The translations under genes and the position numbers were made by a program. 40,450 nucleotides of DNA from a virus (lineage: Duplodnaviria; Caudoviricetes), in IMG/VR virus record IMGVR_UViG_3300031965_000080, positions 1-40,450 of that record. One strand, written 5' to 3'. The stretch's first letter is position 1. Every line of letters begins with the position of its first letter. Shown here piece by piece: positions 6,976-15,179 of this stretch. Below the pieces are notes generated by a model that searched no databases, had not been told where the DNA came from, and was given only the letters and a program-made list of their open reading frames with translations.

Positions 6976-7452
6976 ATGCCTAAACCAGCATCCCTGCCGA
7001 TGATGGGCAAGGTCACGGCTCGCAGCCCCTACGGGATCAAACTCGATGACATGGAGGAGTGGATCAATTTCTCTAAGCCGGAATACCGCGATGAGCCGTG
7101 GGAATGGGAGGATGTGCAGAAAGGCGACTGGGTGCAGATCACCCGCTCCGGTAACTTCTTCAAGTCCATCTGCCTCGTTGAGCCGCCGGCTGGCGAGCCA
7201 ATGGTGCGCGGTCCAGAGGAGGGCTACCGTGCAGAGCTGGGTGAGGGAGCCCCGTTCGAGGGGGTGGAGACGACGCGCAACCCCATCATCACCGACCGCG
7301 AGCAGTCCATCCAGAATCAGGTCGCGCTCAAGTGCGCGGTGGAGCTGGTCATTGGTATGGCTGGGCCGCGAGATCAAGGGGCGCTGGCGTTGCCCGCCGC
7401 TGACCAAGTAGTGCAAGTCTACCGGAAGTTCGCGGCGGCGCTTAACGAATGA
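6976..7452 (+). CDS. Putative ssDNA-binding (OB-fold-like) protein
   Basis: GAGGAG RBS; beta-rich N-terminus (GKVT..GIKL..W..GDWVQI), acidic linker and helical R..SI..Q.ALK.AVE C-terminus; function tentative. Confidence 0.45.
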   Translation: MPKPASLPMMGKVTARSPYGIKLDDMEEWINFSKPEYRDEPWEWEDVQKGDWVQITRSGNFFKSICLVEPPAGEPMVRGPEEGYRAELGEGAPFEGVETTRNPIITDREQSIQNQVALKCAVELVIGMAGPRDQGALALPAADQVVQVYRKFAAALNE

Positions 7453-7688
7453 CCGTCCGCACGAGGTTCCGCTGTCCTTGCCGAACGTGCCCTAACTGCG
7501 GGGCGCGTCAATACGGCGAGCACCCCGAAGACGGGCTCGCTTACTGCCACGATTGCGCCCATCCTACGTCAGTCATCGAATGGTGGGTGTCGGCGGGGCC
7601 GCATAGAGACGGGCGGCACCCCAAGACCAATGAGGAATTGCTTGCCTGGCAAGAACATGACAGCGCGGTGTTGCGAGGGGAAATATGA
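7449..7688 (+). CDS. Cys-rich zinc-finger protein
   Basis: CPC..CPNC..CHDC. Confidence 0.6.
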   Translation: MTVRTRFRCPCRTCPNCGARQYGEHPEDGLAYCHDCAHPTSVIEWWVSAGPHRDGRHPKTNEELLAWQEHDSAVLRGEI

Positions 7689-8518
7689 CCGTTCGCACCC
7701 CGCTTTGCACCGTTCGCGGCTGTCCGCATCCGAGCGACCCTGACTTCCACGTCCCCATCTGCGGCCATGGCCTCGAAGGGCATCATCATCATGTCAAGAA
7801 GCGCTCTCATGGCGGCACCAAAGGCCCGCAGGTGTTCATCTGCCCAAGCTGCCACGAGAAGATAGATGCTGGTCCCTGGGGCAACGCCGTCCTTGACCTG
7901 GGTAATGGGACGAAGCTGTACAGAATCTTCGACTACAAGAACGCGACGATACTGGAGCGAGCCATGAGTGCGGGTGACGTTCCTGCGGCCCCGTCGGAGG
8001 AACTGACAACGTTGCCCGCGCTCATGGACGGGGAAGGGGTGCGGTCTACCGATCGCTCTCCTACTCCTTCCCCGTTCTCCCTCGCATCATGGCTCAGCGA
8101 GGGGGAGAGATTACTGACCGCCGGGCTCAAGCTCAAGGGGCTGACGGACGAATGGCGGTATGAGATGGGCGACTGGGTGGCCACGGGTGAGAAACATCTG
8201 CACGAGGAAGCATACGGTCACTTCTCGCGGTTCGAGGACGCGTTCGGGGCCAGTCATCTCCGCGCCCTGGGGTGGGTCGCGGCGTCTGTTACGCGCGAAA
8301 CACGGCAAATGGCAACGTCATGGAGCGCGGCACGGACTGTCGCTGCGCTGCCTGAGAGCGACCAGCGTGCCGCCCTGATCACTGCGCGGGAGGAAGGGCT
8401 GTCCACGCGGGAGCTAGCGGTTCTCGTGCGTCCTGCGGCCCCTGAGCGTGAGCGGCATCGGTGTCCGTTGTGTATGCACGAGCACTACGCGGTAGTGGAA
8501 AGCGAGTGGAAGGCGTGA
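7685..8518 (+). CDS. HNH-domain protein fused to a helical DNA-binding-like domain and a C-terminal CPLC knuckle
   Basis: HHHVKKRSHGG..ICPSCH; W.Y.MGDW helical segment. Confidence 0.65.
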   Translation: MTVRTPLCTVRGCPHPSDPDFHVPICGHGLEGHHHHVKKRSHGGTKGPQVFICPSCHEKIDAGPWGNAVLDLGNGTKLYRIFDYKNATILERAMSAGDVPAAPSEELTTLPALMDGEGVRSTDRSPTPSPFSLASWLSEGERLLTAGLKLKGLTDEWRYEMGDWVATGEKHLHEEAYGHFSRFEDAFGASHLRALGWVAASVTRETRQMATSWSAARTVAALPESDQRAALITAREEGLSTRELAVLVRPAAPERERHRCPLCMHEHYAVVESEWKA

Positions 8519-8694
8519 AAGATAGCCTAACGTTCAGCATCACGATTGAAGACGAGGCCGGAAACACGCTGCGTATTGAGGAGGCGGGGACGGAAATCAG
8601 TATCGATTCCGAGACTCTAATCCTTGAGCTTGGGGCGAGGACTGTGGTCCGTCTGCCCATCCTCTACGTGCGGAAGGTAGAACTGCCGAAATGA
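8515..8694 (+). CDS. Hypothetical protein
   Basis: GTGA overlap. Confidence 0.55.
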   Translation: MKDSLTFSITIEDEAGNTLRIEEAGTEISIDSETLILELGARTVVRLPILYVRKVELPK

Positions 8695-8882
8695 GCTGCC
8701 TTCCCATGACCCAGGAACGGCAGGTCGCTGTAGACATATTCCATCGGCAGAAGGTCAGGGAAGCTGAGTTGCTTCTAGCCAGGGCCACGGAGCGGCTGCT
8801 ATTGGCGAAACAAGAACTCCAGCGCGGGGACGACCCACTAGAGGCACTGCTTATCGCTCATTACTCGGAGTGGAAGTCGTGA
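8691..8882 (+). CDS. Hypothetical protein
   Basis: ATGA overlap. Confidence 0.55.
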   Translation: MSCLPMTQERQVAVDIFHRQKVREAELLLARATERLLLAKQELQRGDDPLEALLIAHYSEWKS

Positions 8883-9073
8883 GCAAGACCCTCAAGACCG
8901 ATAAAGGCGAAATTGAAATGCAGCCAATCGATATCTGGGAGTGGTTGAGCTTCCAGTTTGGGGGTGGGATGACGCAGTACCCGAAGCGCTGCGGTATTTG
9001 CGGCACCCCAACGCGAGGCAATCGGTTCACTGGCTACAAGATGGGTTGTAACCCGCATGAGGCGAAGGCTTGA
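8879..9073 (+). CDS. Small Cys-containing protein
   Basis: GTGA overlap; CGIC. Confidence 0.5.
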   Translation: MSKTLKTDKGEIEMQPIDIWEWLSFQFGGGMTQYPKRCGICGTPTRGNRFTGYKMGCNPHEAKA

Positions 9074-9110
9074 CCACCGAAATCGCAGACCTGCACCAGC
9101 TGGAGCAGCA

Positions 9111-9467
9111 GTGAGCATCCGCATCATGACGGCGGTGTGGGAGCTAGGGCACTCCGATGCCTTTCACCCGGATGGACGTGAGGGCTGCGAGCACTGCCAG
9201 GAGATGATTGCCGCCTTCGGGGAGATGCCACCAGTTGAGACGATCCGCGCCATGCAGGCCCCGACCCGAAGAGACTTAAAGACGGCAATCCCCGACTCTC
9301 TTCGCTGGGGGATTTGGGAGCGGGATGATTTCACTTGCCAGCACTGCGGAACTCGCCGGTATCTTTCGGTTGACCACGTAACACCCGAAATCAAGGGAGG
9401 CACCACAACAGCCGACAACCTTCAGACTCTCTGCCGCCGCTGCAACTCCTCAAAGGGTGCGCGGTGA
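9111..9467 (+). CDS. HNH endonuclease
   Basis: GGAG RBS; IWERDDFTCQHCG..LSVDHV.P..GG..NLQTLC..CNSSKG. Confidence 0.85.
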   Translation: MSIRIMTAVWELGHSDAFHPDGREGCEHCQEMIAAFGEMPPVETIRAMQAPTRRDLKTAIPDSLRWGIWERDDFTCQHCGTRRYLSVDHVTPEIKGGTTTADNLQTLCRRCNSSKGAR

Positions 9468-9919
9468 GCTGGCAGGCCACGTCGCTGGTAAAGGGGATGC
9501 GCGAGAACCTGACGCGCACTGAGAAATTCCTGTTGCTGATTCTGGCTGACTACCACAACGATGAGACGGGGCAGTGCGACCCATCGCTGGAGCGATTGGC
9601 GGCTGACACCCTCACATCGCGTCGGCAGGTTGTGAACGCGCTCCAGTCCCTTGCCAAGAAGGGGTTCATCTCCATCGAGCGGCGTCGGGAGGACGGAAAG
9701 CAGGGCAGCAACCAGTACCATCTCCCTTGTTTACAGAGTGCAATCATTGCACTCAGGCAGAGTGCAATTCAGGGTGCAGAGCAGAGTGCAAAGCAGAGTG
9801 CAATGGCTGCACCCAATCCCTTATATAGAACCGTAAATAAGAACCGTAAAAGAGAACCGCAATATGTAGACACACACTTCCTCGAAAAGCGCTACTCACG
9901 CGGAAAGGAAACTGTATGA
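9464..9919 (+). CDS. Replication initiator, N-terminal winged HTH (HTH_36-like)
   Basis: EKFLLLILADY..G.CDPS..RLA.DT..SRRQV...L..L...GFI...SNQY; iterons inside the gene. Confidence 0.8.
   Translation: MSWQATSLVKGMRENLTRTEKFLLLILADYHNDETGQCDPSLERLAADTLTSRRQVVNALQSLAKKGFISIERRREDGKQGSNQYHLPCLQSAIIALRQSAIQGAEQSAKQSAMAAPNPLYRTVNKNRKREPQYVDTHFLEKRYSRGKETV
9734..9870. promoter_or_regulatory. Putative replication origin (iterons plus AT-rich tract)
   Basis: CAGAGTGCAA at 9734, 9758, 9782 and 9794, variant at 9770 (12-bp period), inverted copy at 9747; followed by an AT-rich tract with three AGAACCG repeats. Confidence 0.75.
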
Positions 9920-10179
9920 CACCCCGCGACCGCGCGATCCTAACGCACCTTTGGCGGCACCCGCACGCCAGCATTCGTGAGATAGAACGGTTCTGCCTCA
10001 TCTCCAAGGCTGAGGTCCACCGGCACCTTGAGGGGCTGAATCACCTGGGCTACATCAGCCCGCGCCGCAAGGGCTCTGACCGGACCCGCACGCTGACGCC
10101 GAGGGGTCTGTTGGCCGCTCAGGGCTTCGAGGTGATTTACACCGTCGGCGAGGGCGGGGAATTGAGGTTTGGGGAGTGA
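9916..10179 (+). CDS. LexA-like winged-HTH DNA-binding protein without a peptidase domain
   Basis: MTPRDRAIL..ASIREI...S...V..HL..L...GYI.....RT. Confidence 0.7.
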   Translation: MTPRDRAILTHLWRHPHASIREIERFCLISKAEVHRHLEGLNHLGYISPRRKGSDRTRTLTPRGLLAAQGFEVIYTVGEGGELRFGE

Positions 10180-10724
10180 CCCGGGACGCCATCATCGAGG
10201 CCGTGAAGCCGTCAGCATCCGACATCTTGGCTGCGATTCGCCGCATTCACACAAACCACGGCCTTGGTGACCGCTGGTCCTTCTTCGAGGAGCTCCGCCT
10301 CGGCACCGGCTACGGCCACGGCGTTGAGCAGCGCATCGATGCCTTCGCCTTTGGGCTTTGGTCGAAGAACTGGGGCAGTGCGGCGTATGAGGTCAAGGTG
10401 TCACGGGCCGACTTCTTGGGCGAACTGCGAAAGCCGCTGAAGCGACGGATGGCCCTGCGCTACTCGAATCTCTTCTGGTTCGTGACACCACCGGGGCTCG
10501 TAAAGCCGGAGGAACTGCCTATCGAAGCTGGTCTGATGGAGGCGCGCTGGCGGGTGGTGCAGACCTACCCGGAGCGAATTGAGGGCTGGGGGGCGGAGGT
10601 CGTAGTCCCTGCTCCGTGGCGCGACATTCCGCCGCCCACGTGGATGCTCTTCGCCGCCGTCGCTAGGCGTGTCGCTCGCATTGAGGACGCCAAGAGGATG
10701 GCGCAGTCGGTGATGGCGCTATGA
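10176..10724 (+). CDS. PD-(D/E)XK nuclease, MmcB-like
   Basis: RIDAF...YEVKVSRADFL.E..KP.K...FWFVTP.GL. Confidence 0.7.
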   Translation: MTRDAIIEAVKPSASDILAAIRRIHTNHGLGDRWSFFEELRLGTGYGHGVEQRIDAFAFGLWSKNWGSAAYEVKVSRADFLGELRKPLKRRMALRYSNLFWFVTPPGLVKPEELPIEAGLMEARWRVVQTYPERIEGWGAEVVVPAPWRDIPPPTWMLFAAVARRVARIEDAKRMAQSVMAL

Positions 10725-11098
10725 GGCTAGAGCTTCTGTTTCAGGAAGCGTGCATCGCCTGTCCGCGAGCGCGGGTTCGCCGGGGTCAGGGCGGCCACTA
10801 TCCCGACCGCTACACCCAATGGCGGGAGCGGATGCAGGTCGCTTTGATGGAGGCGTGTAGTAACCAACTCGGCAGCCTACGGCCTTTGTGGGATGGCGAT
10901 GTGAGGCTCGAAGTCCACTGTCACGGGGCGCGGAAGAACGCGGACGTGGACAACCTCTTGAAGAGTGTCATGGACGCTTTGCAGGGAACCGTCATCGTGG
11001 ACGATAAGCAAGTCCGCCAGGCGGAGATAGCGAGGGTGGATGGGATGGCGAAGCAGACATTTGTGATCGTGGAGCCACTAGCGAAGGGAGACGGATGA
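10721..11098 (+). CDS. rusA: RusA-family Holliday junction resolvase (copy 1)
   Basis: ADVDNLLKSVMDAL.G....DDKQV. Confidence 0.9.
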   Translation: MRLELLFQEACIACPRARVRRGQGGHYPDRYTQWRERMQVALMEACSNQLGSLRPLWDGDVRLEVHCHGARKNADVDNLLKSVMDALQGTVIVDDKQVRQAEIARVDGMAKQTFVIVEPLAKGDG

Positions 11099-11165
11099 TG
11101 ACTCCTAATCGAACGGCACAACCTGGAGCGGGAGGATAACTTGCCTGCGAGCCACGGCGCTAACG

Positions 11166-11720
11166 GTGGGGATTGGGTTGGTGCTGGGCGTCGTGGCGTT
11201 GGGTTTGAGCGCTGTAGGAGGGAACGATGGCGCATTGGAAATGCCGCGCCTGCGGGAAGCTAACATACGCGAACAGGGCCATAAAGTGCGTCTGCGGACA
11301 CTCCTCGTTCGTGAGGGTGGACTAGATGCGCTGGCTACACCTTCGCTGCCCGCATCAGGACGTACATCGGCTGCCGGAGCCGAGGTGGGCGTTCTACAGG
11401 ATGGGGCCAAATCCTTCCGAGGGGACGATTCAGACGGGGCGGTATCTCGACCTGTGGTTTCGGAATTGGAGACCCTTATCCGCGCCGTCTTCGGGGAGCA
11501 CGGAGAAGAGGCCATGAGCGTTATGTGGTGCGAATCCGGCGGCGATCCGAACGCTGTCTCATGGACGGGGGAATCATTCGGCCTCTTCCAAATTAACAGC
11601 ATCCACCGCTTTGAGGGATTTGGGGAGCGGTGGATGATACCGGAGCACAATATCGCCTGGGCATACGAGCTGTGGAGCGAGCAAGGCAATTCCTGGAGTG
11701 CATGGGCGTGCAAGCCGTGA
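11166..11720 (+). CDS. Secreted or membrane-anchored lytic transglycosylase (SLT/lysozyme-like)
   Basis: N-terminal hydrophobic segment; CESGG.PNA..SFGLFQIN..NI..AY.L....W..WAC; may start at CTG 11145 behind GGAGGA. Confidence 0.8.
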   Translation: MGIGLVLGVVALGLSAVGGNDGALEMPRLREANIREQGHKVRLRTLLVREGGLDALATPSLPASGRTSAAGAEVGVLQDGAKSFRGDDSDGAVSRPVVSELETLIRAVFGEHGEEAMSVMWCESGGDPNAVSWTGESFGLFQINSIHRFEGFGERWMIPEHNIAWAYELWSEQGNSWSAWACKP

Positions 11721-11823
11721 GTTTTTATCTGTTGGCGGCCCCAGGATGTGTAATCTCGCAAGCAAATACGGCGGGGTCGTTCTGGCTCTGCCCGCATCTA
11801 GGATGGGGAACATGGAGGAAGCC

Positions 11824-12180
11824 ATGAACGCATCCCAACTGGCGGCGCTGACGGAGCAAGAGCGGGTGCAGGTTACGCACATCTCCGCCGGCACGAGGCC
11901 CAACACGCTGGTAGAGATGGTGCAGGACTTCGCCACCGCCCTAGCCGACGCCCGGCTTGAGGTCGCACGGCTCACAGAGGAGCGGGACAATTGGCGCGCC
12001 AACTGCGATGCGCTTGCCAACGATGCAACCCGCGAATACCAGAACTGGGCGCGCCGGCACCGGAAGGCCGGCGGGGGAGAAGCCAGCCCGAAACTCCGCG
12101 CTGAGTGGCTGCGCCTGATCTACCGCCTGCACCGAGCCTCCGATGCCGCCATCAAACAAGTCGCCAAGGAGACGAAGTGA
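11824..12180 (+). CDS. Coiled-coil hypothetical protein (paralog of 13903-14274)
   Basis: GGAGG RBS; about 140 bp nearly identical to 13898-14036. Confidence 0.7.
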   Translation: MNASQLAALTEQERVQVTHISAGTRPNTLVEMVQDFATALADARLEVARLTEERDNWRANCDALANDATREYQNWARRHRKAGGGEASPKLRAEWLRLIYRLHRASDAAIKQVAKETK

Positions 12181-13493
12181 GCGAGCCGACGATCATCTGC
12201 GGCGACGCGCGGGAGGCGCTGCGCGGGTTGGCGGAGCGCTCGGTGCACTGTGTCGTCAGTTCCCCGCCATATTGGGGCTTAAGGGACTATGGGCTGGAGC
12301 CGGTCGTCTGGGGCGGCGACCTCGCGGGCTGTCCGCACGAGTGGGGCGACTGGCAGGAGAACCACGACGAACGGGAGAGTATGAAGGCCGGCAAGACGCG
12401 GACGACAGACCGGCACTACGGTGAGGAGAGCCGCCGCTTCGATGGCAACCATCAGAGGCACATGGCTGGCGCCTTCTGCCGCCGCTGCGGCGCGTGGCGC
12501 GGCTCGCTGGGGCTGGAGCCGACGCCGGAGCTGTTCGTGGAGCACATCGTGGAGGTGATGCGCGAGGTCCGGCGGGTACTCCGCGATGACGGGACGCTCT
12601 GGCTGAACATGGGCGACGGGTACGCGGCGAACAGAGGCTATCAAGTTCGGGATACCAAGCACACGGATGTTGGTAATGAGATGGGCATGGCCGTGCCGCC
12701 CGGCCTGAAGCCGAAGGACCTGCTGCTGATGCCGGCGCGGGTCGCGCTGGCGCTACAGGCGGACGGCTGGTGGCTGCGGTCGGACATCGTGTGGTCGAAG
12801 CCGAACCCGATGCCGGAGTCGGTGACGGACCGGCCCACGCGGAGCCATGAGTACGTCTTCCTGCTGGCGAAGAGCGCGAGGTACTTCTACGACGCCGACG
12901 CGATACGGGAGCCGAATGTCAACGTTGTGCGTGACCGTGAACGGCCCAACGGCGCTCCTACTGAGGCCAGCTTTGGATTCAATACTTCATGCGGACAGAA
13001 CCCCGCTGGCCGCAACAAGCGCTCCGTGTGGGAGATCGCCACGCAGCCGTACCCCGAAGCGCACTTCGCCACGTTCCCGGAGAAGCTTGTGGAGCCGTGC
13101 ATCCTCGCGGGCACGTCGGAGTGGGGCTGCTGCCCGGAGTGCGGCGCACCGTGGGAGCGGTGCGTGGAGAAGGAGCGTTCGTTCGAGAGCGGATCCGGCC
13201 GCAGTGGGAGTCCTCCGGCTGGCAAGAACGGCGCGAAAGTGCAAGGTGGCGGTGAGACGCTCGACGTGCGACGTGGCCCGACCCTCCGCACATCGACCAC
13301 CGGCTGGCGGCCCACCTGCGACCACGAGGGCGAGCCGGTGGCGGCCGTCGTCTGCGACCCTTTTGCTGGCAGCGGCACGGTGGGCGTCGTGGCGGCGCGT
13401 CTCGGACGGCGGGCCGTGCTGATCGACGCGAACCCCGACTACTGCGAGATGGCGCGGCACCGGACGGCGCAGATGGGGCTGATGGTCACGTGA
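12177..13493 (+). CDS. DNA N4-cytosine/N6-adenine methyltransferase (beta arrangement) with Cys-rich inserts
   Basis: SSPPY catalytic motif, then HEYVFLL, HFATFP and C-terminal DPFAGSGT; GTGA overlap start. Confidence 0.92.
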   Translation: MSEPTIICGDAREALRGLAERSVHCVVSSPPYWGLRDYGLEPVVWGGDLAGCPHEWGDWQENHDERESMKAGKTRTTDRHYGEESRRFDGNHQRHMAGAFCRRCGAWRGSLGLEPTPELFVEHIVEVMREVRRVLRDDGTLWLNMGDGYAANRGYQVRDTKHTDVGNEMGMAVPPGLKPKDLLLMPARVALALQADGWWLRSDIVWSKPNPMPESVTDRPTRSHEYVFLLAKSARYFYDADAIREPNVNVVRDRERPNGAPTEASFGFNTSCGQNPAGRNKRSVWEIATQPYPEAHFATFPEKLVEPCILAGTSEWGCCPECGAPWERCVEKERSFESGSGRSGSPPAGKNGAKVQGGGETLDVRRGPTLRTSTTGWRPTCDHEGEPVAAVVCDPFAGSGTVGVVAARLGRRAVLIDANPDYCEMARHRTAQMGLMVT

Positions 13494-13906
13494 GCTCCTG
13501 GTCGTTCTCCGTGAAGGGCGAGCCCCAGCCCAAAGGCAGTACGCGCAGCTTCCGCCTGCCGAACGGCCGGATCGCCACGACGTCCGACAACCCCGCAGTC
13601 AAGACGTGGGAGGACACGATCCGGTTCGTGCTACAGGACTGGCCGCACGGCGTCCTGGCCGGCCCCATCGCGCTGGACATGACGTTCACGATCGCGCGCC
13701 CGCCCAGCGTGTCGGCGAAGCGCAGGCCGCAGCCCACGGTGAAGCCGGACCTATCGAAGCTCTACCGAGCGGCGGAGGACGCCATGACGGGCATCGTGTT
13801 CGTGGACGACGCGCAGGTTACGGACGCCCACGTGCGGAAGGTCTACGGAGAGACGCCGGGGCTGGCGTGCGAGGTCCGGTGGGCGATGACGGAGGTGAAG
13901 CCATGA
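13490..13906 (+). CDS. rusA: RusA-family resolvase (copy 2)
   Basis: V.GEPQPKGS...KPDLSKLYRAAEDAMTG....DDAQV. Confidence 0.88.
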   Translation: MSSWSFSVKGEPQPKGSTRSFRLPNGRIATTSDNPAVKTWEDTIRFVLQDWPHGVLAGPIALDMTFTIARPPSVSAKRRPQPTVKPDLSKLYRAAEDAMTGIVFVDDAQVTDAHVRKVYGETPGLACEVRWAMTEVKP

Positions 13907-14274
13907 ACGCAAAACAACTGGCGGCGCTAACGGAGCGCGAGCGGGTGCAGGTTACGCACATCTCCACCAGGACGAGGCCCAACACGTTGGTAGAGATGGT
14001 GCAGGACTTTGCCACCGCCCTTGCCGACGCCCGGCTGGCACTCAAGGACGCCGTCACCGTGCTGATGGAGCACCGCGACCAAGCTGAGCGCTGGGATTTG
14101 CGGGAGCGCGAACTGGAGACTGAGGTCGCACGGCTCACAGAGGAGCGCGCCCACTGGAAGGCCAATCACGATTCACAGGTAGCCAAGAAGAACTCAGGAG
14201 CCGCGAAGATGAAGGCCCACTATGAGGCTGAGGTCGCACGGCTCAACGAGCGGCTTGGTATAATCCAAGAATGA
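13903..14274 (+). CDS. Coiled-coil hypothetical protein (paralog of 11824-12180)
   Basis: GGAGGTG RBS; duplicated N-terminus. Confidence 0.7.
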   Translation: MNAKQLAALTERERVQVTHISTRTRPNTLVEMVQDFATALADARLALKDAVTVLMEHRDQAERWDLRERELETEVARLTEERAHWKANHDSQVAKKNSGAAKMKAHYEAEVARLNERLGIIQE

Positions 14275-14570
14275 GGCGGGTCCGCGAAGACGCATTACCG
14301 GAGAACAAGACCTACTCCGATGATGGGTGCCGGTACGCTGCGAGGTGCCTAGAGTGCCCGTTCAGTGTTTGCGTGACGCACGATCTGGGGCGCGGCGGGA
14401 TAATGGCCTACTTCAACGAGCCGCGCAACGAGACTATCCGTGCGCTGAAGGCTGCGGGCGCCCCCGTAGAGGCCATCACGCGCGAGTTCGGGGTCAGTGA
14501 GCGCACGGTGTTCAGGATAACGTCAGAATCAACGTACAGTGCGTCTAGTAAGGCTGTGATACGCGGGTAA
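14271..14570 (+). CDS. Cys-cluster plus HTH regulator (candidate late activator)
   Basis: LPE...Y.DDGC....CLECP...C followed by an HTH (I.REFGVSERTVFRI); last gene of the early operon. Confidence 0.75.
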   Translation: MRRVREDALPENKTYSDDGCRYAARCLECPFSVCVTHDLGRGGIMAYFNEPRNETIRALKAAGAPVEAITREFGVSERTVFRITSESTYSASSKAVIRG

Positions 14571-14615
14571 TGGAAAGCGGACGGACGATAGCGGGCAGGA
14601 GCACGGGGTCAAGCG

Positions 14616-14792
14616 CTAGCGACAGCTAGGGCAGTTGCAGTCGTCAACCTCTTGGTGCTCTAGCCATTCGTGGTAAGCCAGCGGGTCACCAAACCGCCAA
14701 TCATCGTATCCCCTGGGGTCTACGCATTTAGCGCAGAGGCAGTCCGTGTAGCAAGGGCCGTGCGCCCCGCAGGACCAGCATCCCTTGAACAT
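14616..14792 (-). CDS. 58-aa Cys-rich protein (9 Cys)
   Basis: ATG overlaps the stop of 14792-14926. Confidence 0.55.
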   Translation of the reverse strand: MFKGCWSCGAHGPCYTDCLCAKCVDPRGYDDWRFGDPLAYHEWLEHQEVDDCNCPSCR

Positions 14793-14926
14793 CAGCGCCA
14801 GCCCTGCCTTCGTTCCCACCTCTTGAATCGATGCCAACGATAAGCCTGCTGTAGGCGTCTCTGCAGCCGACGGCATCGCGGCAAGGCTTCGTACTTACCG
14901 AAGAGATTCCTTTGGTTGCAACTCAT
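14792..14926 (-). CDS. 44-aa Arg-rich peptide (MSCNQRNLFGK...RRQGWR)
   Basis: TAAGGAGG RBS; AT-rich promoter-like region upstream; not in the ORF track. Confidence 0.55.
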   Translation of the reverse strand: MSCNQRNLFGKYEALPRCRRLQRRLQQAYRWHRFKRWERRQGWR

Positions 14927-15045
14927 TCGGTGGGCCTCCTTAAGAAGAAATACTGATTCTAATTTAACTACTGGCTAATTGAAAGAGTCAACCCTGGATG
15001 CACTGCGCTCACGGCGACTGCTGCAGACTCGAAGCGACGGCAATG

Positions 15046-15075
15046 GACGCATACAGACGCATACAGACGCACACC
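15046..15075. repeat. 10-bp tandem repeat GACGCATACA, about three copies
   Basis: gacgcataca-gacgcataca-gacgcacacc in intergenic DNA. Confidence 0.7.
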
Positions 15076-15139
15076 GTTCACTATAGAATTGTTGTGAATG
15101 TTTTCGGGGCGAAATAGATGCGTTCTATAGGCGGATAGC

Positions 15140-15163
15140 GAAAGCGGCCCCGAAGGGCCGCTC
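15140..15163 (-). terminator. Hairpin terminator of the leftward operon
   Basis: Minus strand AGCGGCCC-TTCG-GGGCCGCT followed by a short T run, just after the stop at 15180. Confidence 0.65.
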
Positions 15164-15179
15164 GTATGTCGCGTGACGC

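Noticed and set aside
9734-9803. CRISPR-like mini-array
   Set aside because: Repeats are 10 bp with 2-bp gaps, which fits iterons; no repeat-spacer array or cas gene was seen anywhere in the window.
14955-14985. dif-like Xer site (minus strand TAGTTAAAT)
   Set aside because: Only a partial XerD-arm resemblance with no XerC arm; better explained as promoter sequence.
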